DNA of 59,761 nt, the filler included, from Basidioascus undulatus (Eukaryota), in NCBI GenBank assembly GCA_000826855.1. It is 4 parts of 4 records of this genome, joined end to end, with 100 filler letters (N's around TTAATTAATTAA, not from the genome) between each part and the next. Parts side by side here need not be neighbours in the genome. Positions count along the whole stretch, not along the records: positions 1 to 14,877 come from JTLS01000685.1; positions 14,978 to 29,852 come from JTLS01000686.1; 2 more parts are not named here. The stretch is one strand, 5' to 3'. Each line of letters opens with the position of its first letter. Position 1 is the first letter of the stretch. Made by a program: the position numbers and the translations under genes. Below the pieces are notes generated by a model, which was not told the DNA's origin, searched no databases, and saw nothing but the letters and a program-made list of their open reading frames with translations. Positions 12,814 through 24,997 of the stretch are shown here, piece by piece.

Positions 12814-13216
12814 CGTTTCACACTCGGTCGTCACCACTCACCTCTCTCCCATCGACCACCACCTCCGCCTCCGGCTTCGGCTGTCCTGGGCTTTCAAAGT
12901 CCCCTTCCCCCTCCGGTGCTTCTTACCCTCATTTTGAGGGCCTGCCGTTTGTCACTTCCACATTCCCATCCGTCCTTTCTCCCCTTTCTCCGGGCTCCCG
13001 CGGCAGGCGGGCGGCACTCGGGGTCAGCGCGGGCGCAGGAACCTGGGGCGGAGTCGGTCCCGGCCGGACCCCGCTGCATAAGGGTGATCCTGTGTCGTAC
13101 CCCTTTGTGAAGGATGTTCCCCCAGTGCATCTCCTCCACAGGACGCGTCTGGCCCCGTTGTGTGACATGTCGGCTCTCCTGTCTAAAACCCCACGTACCC
13201 GCCCTTTGGTGGTGAA
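12814..13216 (+). repeat. Copy B of the ~400-bp dispersed non-coding repeat
   Basis: Inverted homologue of 2701-3112; core 12980-13216 roughly 85% identical by eye, 12814-12960 more diverged. Confidence 0.9.
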
Positions 13217-13758
13217 TTCTAGTCTAGAGCTTTCTTGATTATTTTGTATTGATGTAGGAGCTGGTTAAGGATATGAAGTGGGGGTGGGTGGGTTGGTGGG
13301 ACTGTGGGACGTGAAGGGAGGGGGGACGCCCTGTCGGCGCAGCGCCGCTGCCTGGTGAGTGCTCGTCTGCGTGCCCAGTCAGTCCTTGCAGAGTGTCAGC
13401 TCAGCCAGGACATGAGAATAAAATGGCATGATGGTACAGGTTTATGGACCCTAGTCTCATCCACGAGCTCATTTGTCCCACCACGGCCTAGCTGATAGGT
13501 GGGTTGAACGCTCGAACTGCACACGGTGTCTGCTTTCCCTTGCCCAGCACGCCTTGACACTGTTACAGTTCAGGGCGCCATGACCCAACGCAGAAGAACC
13601 CTTTCCATATTGCTGAGAAACCCCTCGATGTTCATGCCCTCCCACTCACTCTCTCCGATTGCACATTGCAGGGCGGACATCGGCCGTTGCCAGTTTCACG
13701 CTTCCGGCGCTGCATTAGTGTGTGTCGTCAGCGAGAATGGGGTTTTTCAGAATCGCGT

Positions 13759-14877
13759 TCACCCCTCACCCTGACGTAGCCTTTGCGAGTTCAGTCCGCC
13801 AGAGGGATCGACACCTGCAGCCAAGCAGGCCTCGCGCAGCCGACGCAGCCGAGACATGTCCTCGGTGGACTCTGCGGTATTACTGCGAATCGAGAGCTCC
13901 GAAAGCGCTGGGGCGACAACATATTTGTGCTGAATAAATTCGAGCAACTGAACGAAACAGCTCTCCAGGGGGTGTTCAAGCCTGAGTGCGAGTTTCTGTA
14001 GCGCAATCGGGAGGACGTCAACGAGACGCGGCGCTGGATGTGGAAGTCGTGTGTCGCCCGGCGCGCCGATGAGCATCCACAGTGGAGCTTTAAGAGACCC
14101 GAGAGCGGGGTATTCCCGAAGAGGACGGTCAAAGGACATGATGGGTGGGTCCCGGGGGACATCGAGATCGAGATGAGTGAGTGCTGCTCGTGAGCTGCTG
14201 AGCGCACGGTCGAGCCGCCTCGGCCCTTGTGCCCGCCACCCCATGCACCAATCTCTTCGTACGTAAGGTATTCGAGTTCACGTGGAATGCGAAGGAGATC
14301 CCTCGAAAGTTGTGGTCGATGAATTGGTAGTACGTCAGGTCGAGTTGCGTGACGGACGAGGAACCCCACAAATCCTCAAAGGGAACCTCATCGTGTGGGC
14401 AGAGCTCCAGCATGTGAAGGGACAGCTTCTGAACGCCAGGCAGTGCCAAAGACGAGAATACAGTTTCTGTCTCGTACCCACCCTGGGTGTACCAGTGAGA
14501 AAGTGTGACTCGCACAGCGATCAAAGGCCCGCAGGAGCTCGGCGAGCGGGACCTGGAAGGCGTCCAACAGGTCCACCTCGTGCAGGGGTGCAGCGACAAA
14601 GAGTTGGAGCGAGCTGGAGTATCTGCAGAAGGCGCGGGGTGAGACCCTCGTCCATTGACTCATAAGAGTCCTCTGAGCCATGAAGTCCGAATCCTGCGAG
14701 GTATCGACTTCGAGTGAGTGGATGTGTGTTCCTAAGTAATTCTCGGCGTTCCTGTAGAGTACGAGCGAGTAGTACTATGCGCCTGTCGTCCACGCAGACG
14801 TCTTTGTACAAGAAGGGCTCGATGATCCTATGCAGTCGCCAAGAAGTGAGCGCGAGACTGCGTGAGGCGGAGAGGAG
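13759..14877 (-). pseudogene. F-box/LRR-type protein, frameshifted, 5' end cut by contig edge
   Basis: IIEPFLYKDVCV...LLARTL (post-F-box pattern) and RLVDVLPIALQKLALR, LREACLAAGV; coding signal moves across several frames without obvious introns. Confidence 0.5.
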
Positions 14878-14977
14878 NNNNNNNNNNNNNNNNNNNNNNN
14901 NNNNNNNNNNNNNNNNNNNNNTTAATTAATTAANNNNNNNNNNNNNNNNNNNNNNNNNNNNNNNNNNNNNNNNNNNN
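14878..14977. other. Artificial contig spacer
   Basis: 44 N + TTAATTAATTAA (stops in all six frames) + 44 N. Confidence 0.98.
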
Positions 14978-16637
14978 ACCACCCCCACCTCCCCAAGACG
15001 ACCCCCACCCGCTTCCTCAAGGTCGGCGCGGACGCGTCCGCGGGCCCCGCGAGCTTCCACACGCTCGAGGAGCTCTTCCTCGCCTGGGTCCTCCGCGATG
15101 CGGGCATGGCCGAGTACATCCGCCGCTCGAAGGAGGAGGGCATGTCGTTCATCCCCCATATTGAGCGGAAGGCGATGGTGGATTATCTGGAGGGGAAGAC
15201 GGACAGCCATCCGAGGGTGGTGGAGGACCAGGAGGGTGAGTTTCGAGCTCCACTCTTTACACCGATACCCTGCGTTGGTGAGCTTAAATGCGCTCGGATG
15301 CCCTGTCAGGAGGAGCCCCCGGCGACGGCACCGCACCCACCGCCCCCTCCGCCGCCGCGCCGACCAAGAAGCGCGCGTACGTCCCGAACGCAGCGGACAA
15401 GGAGGTGGTGAAGCGCATCCGCGCGAACGAGATCGAGCTGCGGGACCGGAACACGGTCCTGCGTGGGATCAAGGACATCGTACGTGTCCACCCTTCCTCT
15501 CCCACCACCTTCACCGTGCGCTGCAGTAGCCCTGAAAACGCGCGCTCACATCGCCCAACCTCCCTGTCAGAACTTTACCGCCGTCCAGCAACTCGCCGCA
15601 ACCCGCATCGGCAAGGTCCGCAACGCGCCCTCTTCCCGCGCGCCCGCTCCCGCTCCTACCACAGTGGCGCCCAAAAGCCCCGAGCCTCTGCGCGGAGCGA
15701 AGAAAGCCAGTGCGTCTCGGAGGTTCTGTTCTGGGTCGGTCTTTTCAATAGTTACTGACGCATCGTTCACGTTTCGACACTTCAGAGAACCTCACTCCCA
15801 TCATCATCATCTCCTCGTCCCCCACCTCCCTCATCACCATGCACAACGTCAAGCGTTTCCTCTCCGACGCAATGTCCGTCCCATCCCCCATACCTCACCC
15901 TCTCATCCTCTCGCTCTCCCACCCCTCTCGCTCACATGCTCCCTCCTCGATCTTCCCCTCCGAATCAGATTCGAGCCCTCCTCCCTCGCGCGCGAGCGCG
16001 CCCTGGCGTCGCACGAGTCCGCGGAGGACATGATCACGGTGTACCGGGCGAAGGAGGGCTTCGACGACCGGCGGACAAAGTGGCATGTCGTGGACTCTGT
16101 CGAGGCGCTGGGCAAGTTCGGGCCGGACGCTTGGTGAGTCGGCGTACTGAACGGGAAGATGTGAGAGGGGAGAGGGAGAGGGAGGTACTGATGTGGGGGT
16201 ATGCGGGAAAAGGGATCGCGTCGTCTGCGTCATGACGACTGGGCAGGCGTGGCAGTTCAAGCAGTACAAGTGGACCGAGCCGAAGGAGCTCTTCCGGCAT
16301 GGTCTGCCCCATCTTGTCCCCTCCTTACCTTCTCCCTCGTCCTACCCACTCAGTCGTTCGCCCGGGCCCCAACAGTGAAAGGTATCCACGTCCAATGGGC
16401 GAACGACCCGCCCAACGCAAAGATCCGGGACTGGGCAGTCACGGACCTGCGCGTAAGTCGCTTCTCCCCTTTTTCCGTTCCTCCGTTGCGCCTCCTCCGA
16501 GACCGAGGCTGACTGCGTGCCTGACGGATGAGCAGATCGAGCGCGAGAAGCGGCACACGGACAAGTCCCTCGTCGCCGGCTTCTGGAGGATGCTCGACGG
16601 CTGGATCGCGGCGCACAAGCCTTGGTTGAACGCGTGA
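14978..16637 (+). CDS. CDC73: Paf1 complex subunit Cdc73/parafibromin (5' partial)
   Basis: EIELRDRNTVLRGIK, PIIIISSSPTSLITMHNVKRFL, WDRVVCVMTTGQAWQFKQYKW, KRHTDKSLVAGFW; TGA at 16635-16637. Confidence 0.95.
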
Positions 16638-17029
16638 TGTCTGCGTCGCGCCGGGGAGGAAGAGCGTTCTCCATGTTGCTGGTCTGGGCGAGCTTATGCA
16701 CCAACTTGACTGGCTTGAAGCATATTCTTTTCTTCAAGACCGCGGCATTGTAGCGTCGCATCTCCTCTGACCCTCGGCGGAGCTGGCCCAGGAAAGCCTC
16801 GTTTCTAGGCCGCACTGGTTGTAGCGTTGAGAGGGATGGGTGCATTCGTGAGCTTCGGCACACAGACATTCATTGTAGAAGCCACTCGTCATTACGCAGG
16901 CTGAATAAAATGCGGTCGTCTACATGTCGTGCGCAGGATGCCAGCTAGGCGATAAGAAGCGGGAGGAGGTACAACACGAGTAGGTGGTGCGGTCGCACAA
17001 ACCAAGAGAAAGGTCCGCGCGAGGGATGA

Positions 17030-20000
17030 TCATGAGAAACCGACGCCGAGCGGGTCGATGTCCGTCGTGCTCTTGTCGGGCGGGGGCGGCGGGGGATACG
17101 GAGAAGGCGAGGGAGACGGCACGGCGAGCTGGGAGACCTTTGCGCGCGGCCTGGCGACGTCGACGAGGCGTGACGGGATCGGCGACCGCTCAGCGGACAC
17201 AGCGCGCGAGTCGGCGACGCGGCCCCAGGACCCCGCCTCGTTCAAGCCCGGGCGAGCGCCGACGTCTAGCGAAGCTGGAGGGGGCGGATGGGGCGCGGGG
17301 GAAGGTAGGCTCTCTGCGACACGCTTCGTATCCCAAGGGTTCGAGGGTGTGGAAGTGTTGGGCGACAGAGCGGCGCGAGAGAGGGAGGAGGACGAAGCGG
17401 TGGGTCGAGGGGGGTCCGGGCGGCGGGGGTTGGGGTTGGAAGCGGTTCGTACGGGCAGAACCGAGGCGGCTGCCGTGGCCGCCCAAGGATTATCGGCCAT
17501 CGGAAGCGGTGGAGGTGCTTGGGCGACAGCTGGCGTCGTCGCGGGCCGTTCGCGGGCTTGCAGCTCGCCTTCGGCGCCGCGCGGCGCGACTGCTGGCTCG
17601 GCAGGGCCAGTCAAACCCGTAGACAAGTTCTGGACCTGGCTGCCGATCTTGCCCGCGACGTCCTGGACATTACTGCCCCACCGAGCGAACATCGAACGGT
17701 AGCCGCCCCCGCCCGACGCGCCGGCGACTGGGTCGCTGACTTGGGACGTCGGGCGCATCGTGATCGCGGACGAGACGGTCCCGAAGGGACGGAAGGAGGA
17801 CGCGCGCTCGCGGCCGTCTCCGCTGCGGCCGGGTTCGGGGGAGGGAGGGCCCGTCGGGGCGGTCGCAGGGAAGTGGAGGGAAGCCGAAGTCGGGAGCGGT
17901 GAATGCCGGGGCTTGTAGACGGCGTAGCTGGGAGAGGAAGATGGCGAGACGGACTGGGACAAGATCTTGCCCGTGGCGAGAACCGGGTCGTCCTTGCCGC
18001 TCTCGACAGGACCGACGATCTCCTCCCTCGGCGGGCTCGCCACTTGCGCGAGTGGCGGCCCGTTCATCTCCTCGTCGCCCCGCCCAAAGATGCCAAACCA
18101 CCATCGCACATCCGCCGGATCGGGCATGAGCACGCCCATGTCATCGCTCTTGCGATCGTCGCGCGCGGGATCGTACTGCGGGTTCGCGTAGCGAGCACGT
18201 ACCGCATCCGAACCCGGCCCGAAGAATTCGTCCCAAACGCTCGACGTCGCCTGCGTGGCGGGCTTCCGACCGACGCCGTCCAACGGCGGTACTGTGCGGC
18301 GCTCGCGCTCGGTGTTGAAGAGGAAGGTGCCGTACTGCGCGGCATAGAGGTGCGTGTGGAGTTGGACGAGGAAGTCTGAGTTGAACTCGAAGCGTTGAGG
18401 ATATTGCCGCTGGAGCTGATAAATGCAGTCGAGGAACTGGAGGAAGACCGGGCTCGTCTCCTTGAGGTGATGAGGCGCGGAGAACTGCCCCTGAACCGAA
18501 GCGAGGAAAGCGCCGGCGCGTCCTGCGCCACCGCTGTGGTCGGCGCCGTTCGCGCCTGCGCCACTCTCGCCCTGCGCCGAGACGAAGAACTTCTCGCTCG
18601 ACAGGTGGCCACATCGGTCGGCGAAGCGGTGCCCGAAGCTGACGAAGTCCTTCTCGATGAGGACGGCGAGGCCCTTGAACGTGCGGAAGTAGGGGTCGAG
18701 GCAAATCTGCGCGAGCGCCGCAAGTTGGCTTGTGCGGTCCCAGCCCTGCAAAGCGGCCTCTTAGTCAGCATGACCGCCGTTCAATTAAGCCGAACGCCGA
18801 AGCAACGTACGTCCGAGCAGTGCACAAGGACATGCGATGAGTTGATATGAACATTCCGGACGACGCCCAGTACGCCGTCGAGGAGGATGGAGATGTGTTT
18901 CAAGTAGTTGGAGCGCTTCAGGTGATGCCGGTCTAGCGGAGGTGGTGATGACGCTGCGTTGGACGAAAGAGACGGGTCGGACAGACGCAGCGCGTCGATG
19001 ACGCGGTTGAGGGAATCCCGCATGACATCTGCGGAATGGTACAAGTCAGCACGCCAGCTGCGCCTATGAGGAGTATGTGAGACGCACGAATGTTCTCAAT
19101 CCCAAGATAAATTTTCTTGCAGCCCTTGTAGTTTTCCATGTTCTCCGTCCCAGCGCCGTTCGCGAGCTGCGCCATGGCGTTCGTGGTCGGCCGCGCGTCG
19201 ACGATGAGGTTGGTCGGCGTCGCGCCGTATACTGTCGCGCTCGCGTCCGGCGAGTAGGCCGAGTCGGGCTGGACGTGCGTCGCGAAAATTGACTCGATAA
19301 GCTTCTCGTCCTGGATCGAGCGGGCGTTCTTGAGGCCGACGAGCGGCTGCGAGCAGCGAGTGATCGAGCCCTGCACAGCATCCGCGCTGTCAGAGCCGGG
19401 TTCGAAGGAGCATGAGGCGGACAGACCCACGAAATTGGCCCAGTGAAGATAGGTCAAAGCGGGAATGCGAGCTTTAGAGCGGTATTTGGCGGCGTAGTTC
19501 AAGACGTTGTCGGAGATCTTGGTCGGTACCACGAGCTTGCTCGGATAAGAAGCGCAGAGCTGAGAAAAGTATCTCAGCCATTGAACTGAACTTGGCACAG
19601 CTTCAGAACTAACCTCGTAGCCTCTGTTCGCATCCGTGAACCGCCACGCCCTGCTCCTCGACCCCACGCCCTGGCGGGCGAACTCCCCGCGGGGGTTGTA
19701 CACCCTCCATCCACCGAATCCCTTGGTCTCGTCGGGAGGGGGAAGAAGTGACGGGGACGCAGTCGACGGGGGTTCCGGATTTTCGTAGGAAAACGCGTAC
19801 AGCGAGTAGACGGAAGCTGCGAGGTTTCGTCCGTGGTCAGTCATGCGCACGCAGCGCAGCCTCGGTCACCCGGGCTTCACGAAGCCAGATCAGAGAGCGA
19901 CTCACTAACAACCACCAGATCCCTAACACTCTCAAAGACCTCCGCCGCAACTTTCTCCTCTGCGATCTCGAGCGTGAAGAACCCGAAGTCCCTCGTTCGA

Positions 20001-20302
20001 AACGCGAGCGGCGTGCGGCCCTCCAGCGTTTGAGGGAGGAGGTTAAGCGACTGAACGAGCGGCCACGGGAGCCAGAACTCGCTCGAATCCTTGATCTTCG
20101 GAGCCGTTGGCGTATCAGGGCTCGACGAGGATGAAAGACTGGTGAAGACGAGGTGATGCGGAGTGAGAAGGAGCGTGCCCGTCTCGGACGTGCCTCGGCG
20201 ATGGAGAGCGACGGCCTCGACCTGGAAAGCAGACTTCTCTCAGTATAAACAGCCTACACGAATCAAATTTCCGCTGACCTTGGGCACCCGAATCGCCTCC
20301 AT
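17030..20302 (-). CDS. YMR1: Myotubularin-family phosphoinositide 3-phosphatase
   Basis: YRSKARIPALTYLHW, ITRCSQPLVG, LIVDARP, GAGTENMENY, catalytic VLVHCSD|GWDRT, IEKDFVSFGHRF, SPVFLQFLDC; long disordered C-terminus. Confidence 0.95.
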
Positions 20303-20848
20303 AAAGCCGAACCAAATGTGTGGGTGAGGACGAGATGCTGCGAGGTCGACACGGTGGTTCGCGGTTGCGGCGCTCCTGAGCCCGGCAGATCCGCCCATGG
20401 CGAGTTCCGACGGTCCTGTCCTGTCGCCAAACAAACCAAAAAAAGGCAGCACTGGCGCATTTGCCTTGGTAATTATGTGTACTTGAGCTGTTTCATAGCT
20501 TTTTACCTTTCATTTTTGTACCTACTCGAAATACACAACAATACACGGAAGCAGTCTCCAGCTCGAGGCGGTTTCCTCGCCTCACAGCCACTGACAATAC
20601 TCCTTCAACATTTTCCTCCTCCGCTGCAGACGATCACGTTCACGATGGTCGACCTTTATGTAAAGGCCACGCTAGTACCTACAGTGAAGTTTTCTTCTCT
20701 TGGAACACCTACTGCTTTCTCGCCATGCCCGCACGAAAACCATGCATTTCCGAAAAGGGCCGCCATCCCACACGCCCAACAATCCACAGAAGCACGGTCC
20801 AGAGCCCTGCCGCCCAAACGCGATGAAAGAGCGCAACGAAGCGCGAGG

Positions 20849-23800
20849 CTACACCTTCTCGTCGATATCCTCGGACTTCTCGTCGTACGAAGCCGTGACC
20901 GAGTCGGGCTCCATGCCGGTAGCGTCAACGTTCGGCGCGAAGGTGGCCGTAGGCGGGAAGACCCAGCTGAGGACGATGTAGACGAAAGCTGGGCGTGTGC
21001 GGACGTTAGTCGGCGCGAACAGGGTGCTTATGGTGAGAGGAAAAATATAAGAGCCGAAGATATACTGGCAGAGAAGAATCCGAAGAGCCACGCAAAGTTG
21101 AAGATCTTCTGTGCCCCACCGACCTCAATCTTCGAGTTGATAGAACTGTTTGCCCTTGTCAGTTACTTGGGCGATTAAATTTGAGCTACCCTACTCACTT
21201 GATCAACCCAGGCATGTTAGGCCCGACAGACACGACGAGAGCCGCGAGTGCGCGGAAGTTCTAACGCACGTCGTCGGTCAGCTGTGGGTGTGGCGCAACG
21301 GTTAAACTGATACGCACAACCCCGCCAGTGTAACGGTAGATCCCATGCGGCCGGTAAAGATCGGGAACGTAGCTGTAACCGGTTCCGTCAGTTAACGCGC
21401 TTCGGCTGCCACCTCGGAGGCTGGGCGCACATCTTCTGGCCATGCACGATCCAGTAATCGGCAATTCTGTCGATGATACGGTGTCAGCATATTTGACTCA
21501 ATGTTCAGGTTCATTAAACATACAGAAGAGCTGCAATGGGCGCACTGCAACAAGGGGAAAGTAATCAGCGAGGAACCTGTGGAATTGACGTCAAGCACGT
21601 ACAGGAAGACCTGCAATAGGAATAGAAGCTTGCGGTCAGTTCCAGTTCAATAGAATTATGTTTTTTTTTTGCTATTACCGTGTAGTTTGCCACTGGGGAA
21701 TGTAGCACAATAGCGGGTGAGCTAGACGTTGTTTGGGGTAGAAAGGTCTGGGGCTCACTGAAGCTTAGAAAATTCTGTGCGCTGGCGAGGATCTTCCAGG
21801 GAACGAGACACCATCCGCCTACAAAAGCCGTGAGGAGAGCGCCGCGCTTGATGTTGAGATACCGGGGTGCCATCTGCCACGACAGGTCAGAACATGCCCT
21901 GCATGCGTGTGAAGGAATGGAGCCCACCGCCGTGAAGTCGTTCGCTGCCGAAATCGAGTTGGCCGAGATCTGACAGGAACCAACGTCAGCGCATTAAGAG
22001 AGGCTGAATTAAGAAGAGAATCACGTTGGCGCCTGAAATGACCCCGTCAGAGTCCGTTGAGCAACGCTATGGATCTGAGAAGACGCACCAAGAGTAGCTA
22101 GGGCGAACGAGAAGCTCGCGAAGAATGCGGCAGCGCGGTTGTCCCACTGATCGATTAGGGAGCTCGGCTCCCACAGCACCCGGCCGTAAAGGTGCTCTCC
22201 GATGGAGGTGCATACGATGCCCACGAAAGCCCAGAACGTGAAGGCGGTGGGAATGATCGCGAGTTGGATGTACTGTGCACGGTCGTTCTTGGCGTAGCCT
22301 GAATTTGAGTGAGAGTTGGATGCAGTTCTCGTTCTGAATACGAGGACTACATACGAGTGAAGTCATCTGCCCAGAATGAAGTCCAGTCAGTCCGGTTCCA
22401 TGAGCAAGCTGCGATCAGGCACGCACTGATGTTCACGCTCAACGTCGCGTAATTGCCGATGACAGAGTTGATGCCCTGCCGCATAATAGGGTCAGTAGGG
22501 GATCGGTCACGCTCGGTTGCGTTGAAAAAAAAAAAAACTCCGATACCCACCGCGACCATGGCCCAGGCCTGTTTCGAGCCGCCGAGGGTGGACTTGCGGG
22601 CGAAGATCAAGTCCGCCCCCGGGCCGGCCCGAACGAGAGCCCAGATTAGCATCGCAATGGCACAACACGGGACGACGATGCTCTTGATGAGGAAGAGCCA
22701 GCGAATGCGCTGCATGGAGACGAGGCAGAAGGGAACTTGGGCGGCCCAGTAGAGGCTGGATCGAGTCGAGCTCGTCAGCGGTATGGCGAGCATTAACCCG
22801 GTGGTGTGTGCCTCTCACAAGTACGAAATCATCTCTTGCGTCGTGATGCTGTTCCACATATGTCAGCAAACCGAAATCAAGCAGAAGGGGAACCCTTTTG
22901 AACGCGAACTCACTCGGCAGACTCGGGGAGATGGTTCGGCAGACGGGCGAACGACGGCCAGATAGCCTTTCCGAATGGGATGAGTGACAAATTGTGCACC
23001 GGTCGAGACAAACTCAGCTTACCTTAATCATTCCCCTGACCGCCAGTCCACCAGTGTACGTCTGGATTCCGTACCTGAGAATCGGCCAACGTAAGTGAAG
23101 ATGCGTATCCTCCAAGCAGCGCGCATGCTGTACCAGAAGCAGGCCAGGACAACACGGGAGATGATCGCAAAGTAGGAGAAGTAGAAACCGAAAGACGACC
23201 TAGATTGAACCTGTGAATAGGCAGCGGGCAAGCATTCAGATGTCAGAATCGTCGGAAGGTTGCCTTGGGCTCACCGGGAACGGGATCCGCAGGCGAGCTC
23301 CGATCTATACAAAAGTGATGTCAGTCATGCAACACAGCAGAACATTGTTCTTCCATGTACTTACGGTGCCGTTCAACGTGATGGCCACAGCGACGATCGT
23401 GTGACCAACAACGATCGCGACGAGCGCCTACGAAATCAAGTTCGATAAGACCATGTAGGCGTCACAGAATATTGGAATTGATTGCGATATACCTGGCGCC
23501 ACGAGAGGCCCATGGCGAGCATGCCCTGAAGCCAGGACGTGGACACGAAGATGAGATGAGTGGCATCGATAGCTCTAAGAGCGGTTCTCGAGGGATAAGC
23601 GTACGGAAGCGCAATTCCAGGTGCTGATGTTGAACGCGTCGGAGATCCAGCTACAAGAGTACTGCGCGTCAGGAAACCCGAGGCCAGCTCGAAGCGAAGC
23701 GAAAGGGAGGGAGGGGCACGGACTAGGTCACGTAGTTGAACGCCTTCCCCGCACACAAACAATCATGAGACGTGAATGGGATGAGTATATGCATTCAGAA

Positions 23801-24049
23801 AGCCGTCGCAAATCTGCAGACGACTGACCGTCCAGGTACGCTCCTCCTGCGGCACGACGTCCATGTCTACCCGGCCAGTCCACGCTTCACCCACGCTTTC
23901 CAGCATTCGAGGTTTGAGAGAGGCCACACACCCTTGTTCGACCACTTGTCCGACGGCGCGAACGTGGCTTTCGTCGGCTGGAGGCGCCAGCCCTCGACGG
24001 TCCTGTACTTGGACAGCCGCGAGCGGATGCCGGAGATTTGGGCGGACAT
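20849..24049 (-). CDS. NCS1 nucleobase:cation symporter (Fur4/Dal4-like uracil/allantoin permease)
   Basis: WSNKDMDVVP..ERTWT, WISDAFNIS, RSSFGFYFSYFAIISR, NYATLSVNI.DFTR, SANSISAANDFT, PRYLNIKRG, PWKILAS; many short introns. Confidence 0.92.
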
Positions 24050-24114
24050 GCTGGGATTGGGTGAGCAGCGGAGGCGAGAGGAAGCTGCCGGCGTCGCTGC
24101 GTTGGGGTGGGGGA

Positions 24115-24236
24115 GATAAGGATGACTGGAGGCGAGGAGAAACTGCCGGCTTCAGTCAATGATGAAGAGTGGGAGGAAAAAGAGATAAGAAGGAAGACGC
24201 ACGAGCATTCATTGCAAAGACTTCCGGGGAGATAAC
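24115..24236. promoter_or_regulatory. Cluster of three GATAA sites upstream of the NCS1 permease
   Basis: GATAAG 24115-24120, GATAAG 24184-24189, GATAAC 24231-24236, all within 190 nt of the ATG at 24049. Confidence 0.45.
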
Positions 24237-24997
24237 GGCGGTTCGCGGCCCGGAACCTTGGCAGGGCCGGTCGTGTTTGGTTAGTGATTGTCTCAGAACA
24301 ATTTCAGCCGCGACGCGTCTTGCACGCGTCCCAGCGCGTCCTTAAAGAGCGCTGCGATGCAGTCTCGAGGTCTTGAGTATCACGTGGTGTTTGCAACCGT
24401 GTCAGGGTCCCATAAACGTGTAGGCATTTTCAACCGTGTTGTTCCCGAAGTGTCCGTTTACCATCGGTGGCCCCTAATCTGCATACAATGTCCTCGGTGT
24501 CTTTTGCAACCGTTGCCAGTTCCATGAGGCTTGGATGTTTTGAGAGAATTATTGAGGCTTCACAAGTCTCACGAGAGTTGCTTGGGTCTCGATCAGTGGC
24601 CCAAAGATTTGGTGTTCTGTGCTGTTAATCCTTTCAGCGGCGAGTTAGAACTCACTTCGGGGCAGCATCGAGAGACTTGCCCTGGTGTCTCCGGGGGAGA
24701 AGAGGTGAAGCTGACAAACATACAGTCCTTGAAGGCCGACGGCGAGGGCGACTTGCGTTGAAGCCGTCCATCACACACAACGCACCGCCGCCCCGGCTAC
24801 GGAAAAGTGTATCATGGCCGCTTACATAGAGAAGAAGACATTCATAGCCCCCGTGACGAGATCCTCCCCAAAAATCAGTAACTGCAGACCGACCGACTCC
24901 CAAAAGCTAAAGGCGAGCTGTTGAAACGGCAGCCCTCCTTCGACCATCCTTCAATCGACATACCCGCACTTTGACACACCGTCATCACGTTTCCAGT

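Noticed and set aside
13047..13075. Twister or hammerhead ribozyme within the repeat
   Set aside because: The GGTCC-loop only loosely resembles twister L4, lacking AAGC and the UAA cleavage strand; no CTGANGA/GAAA core
14922..14933. TTAATTAATTAA palindrome recurring three times
   Set aside because: Always centred in N runs; a synthetic all-frame stop linker
20849..24300. TPP riboswitch in the NCS1 transporter introns
   Set aside because: No CTGAGA...GAACTTGATC.GG.TAAT.CC.GCG arrangement; only an isolated GAACTTGAT near 23440
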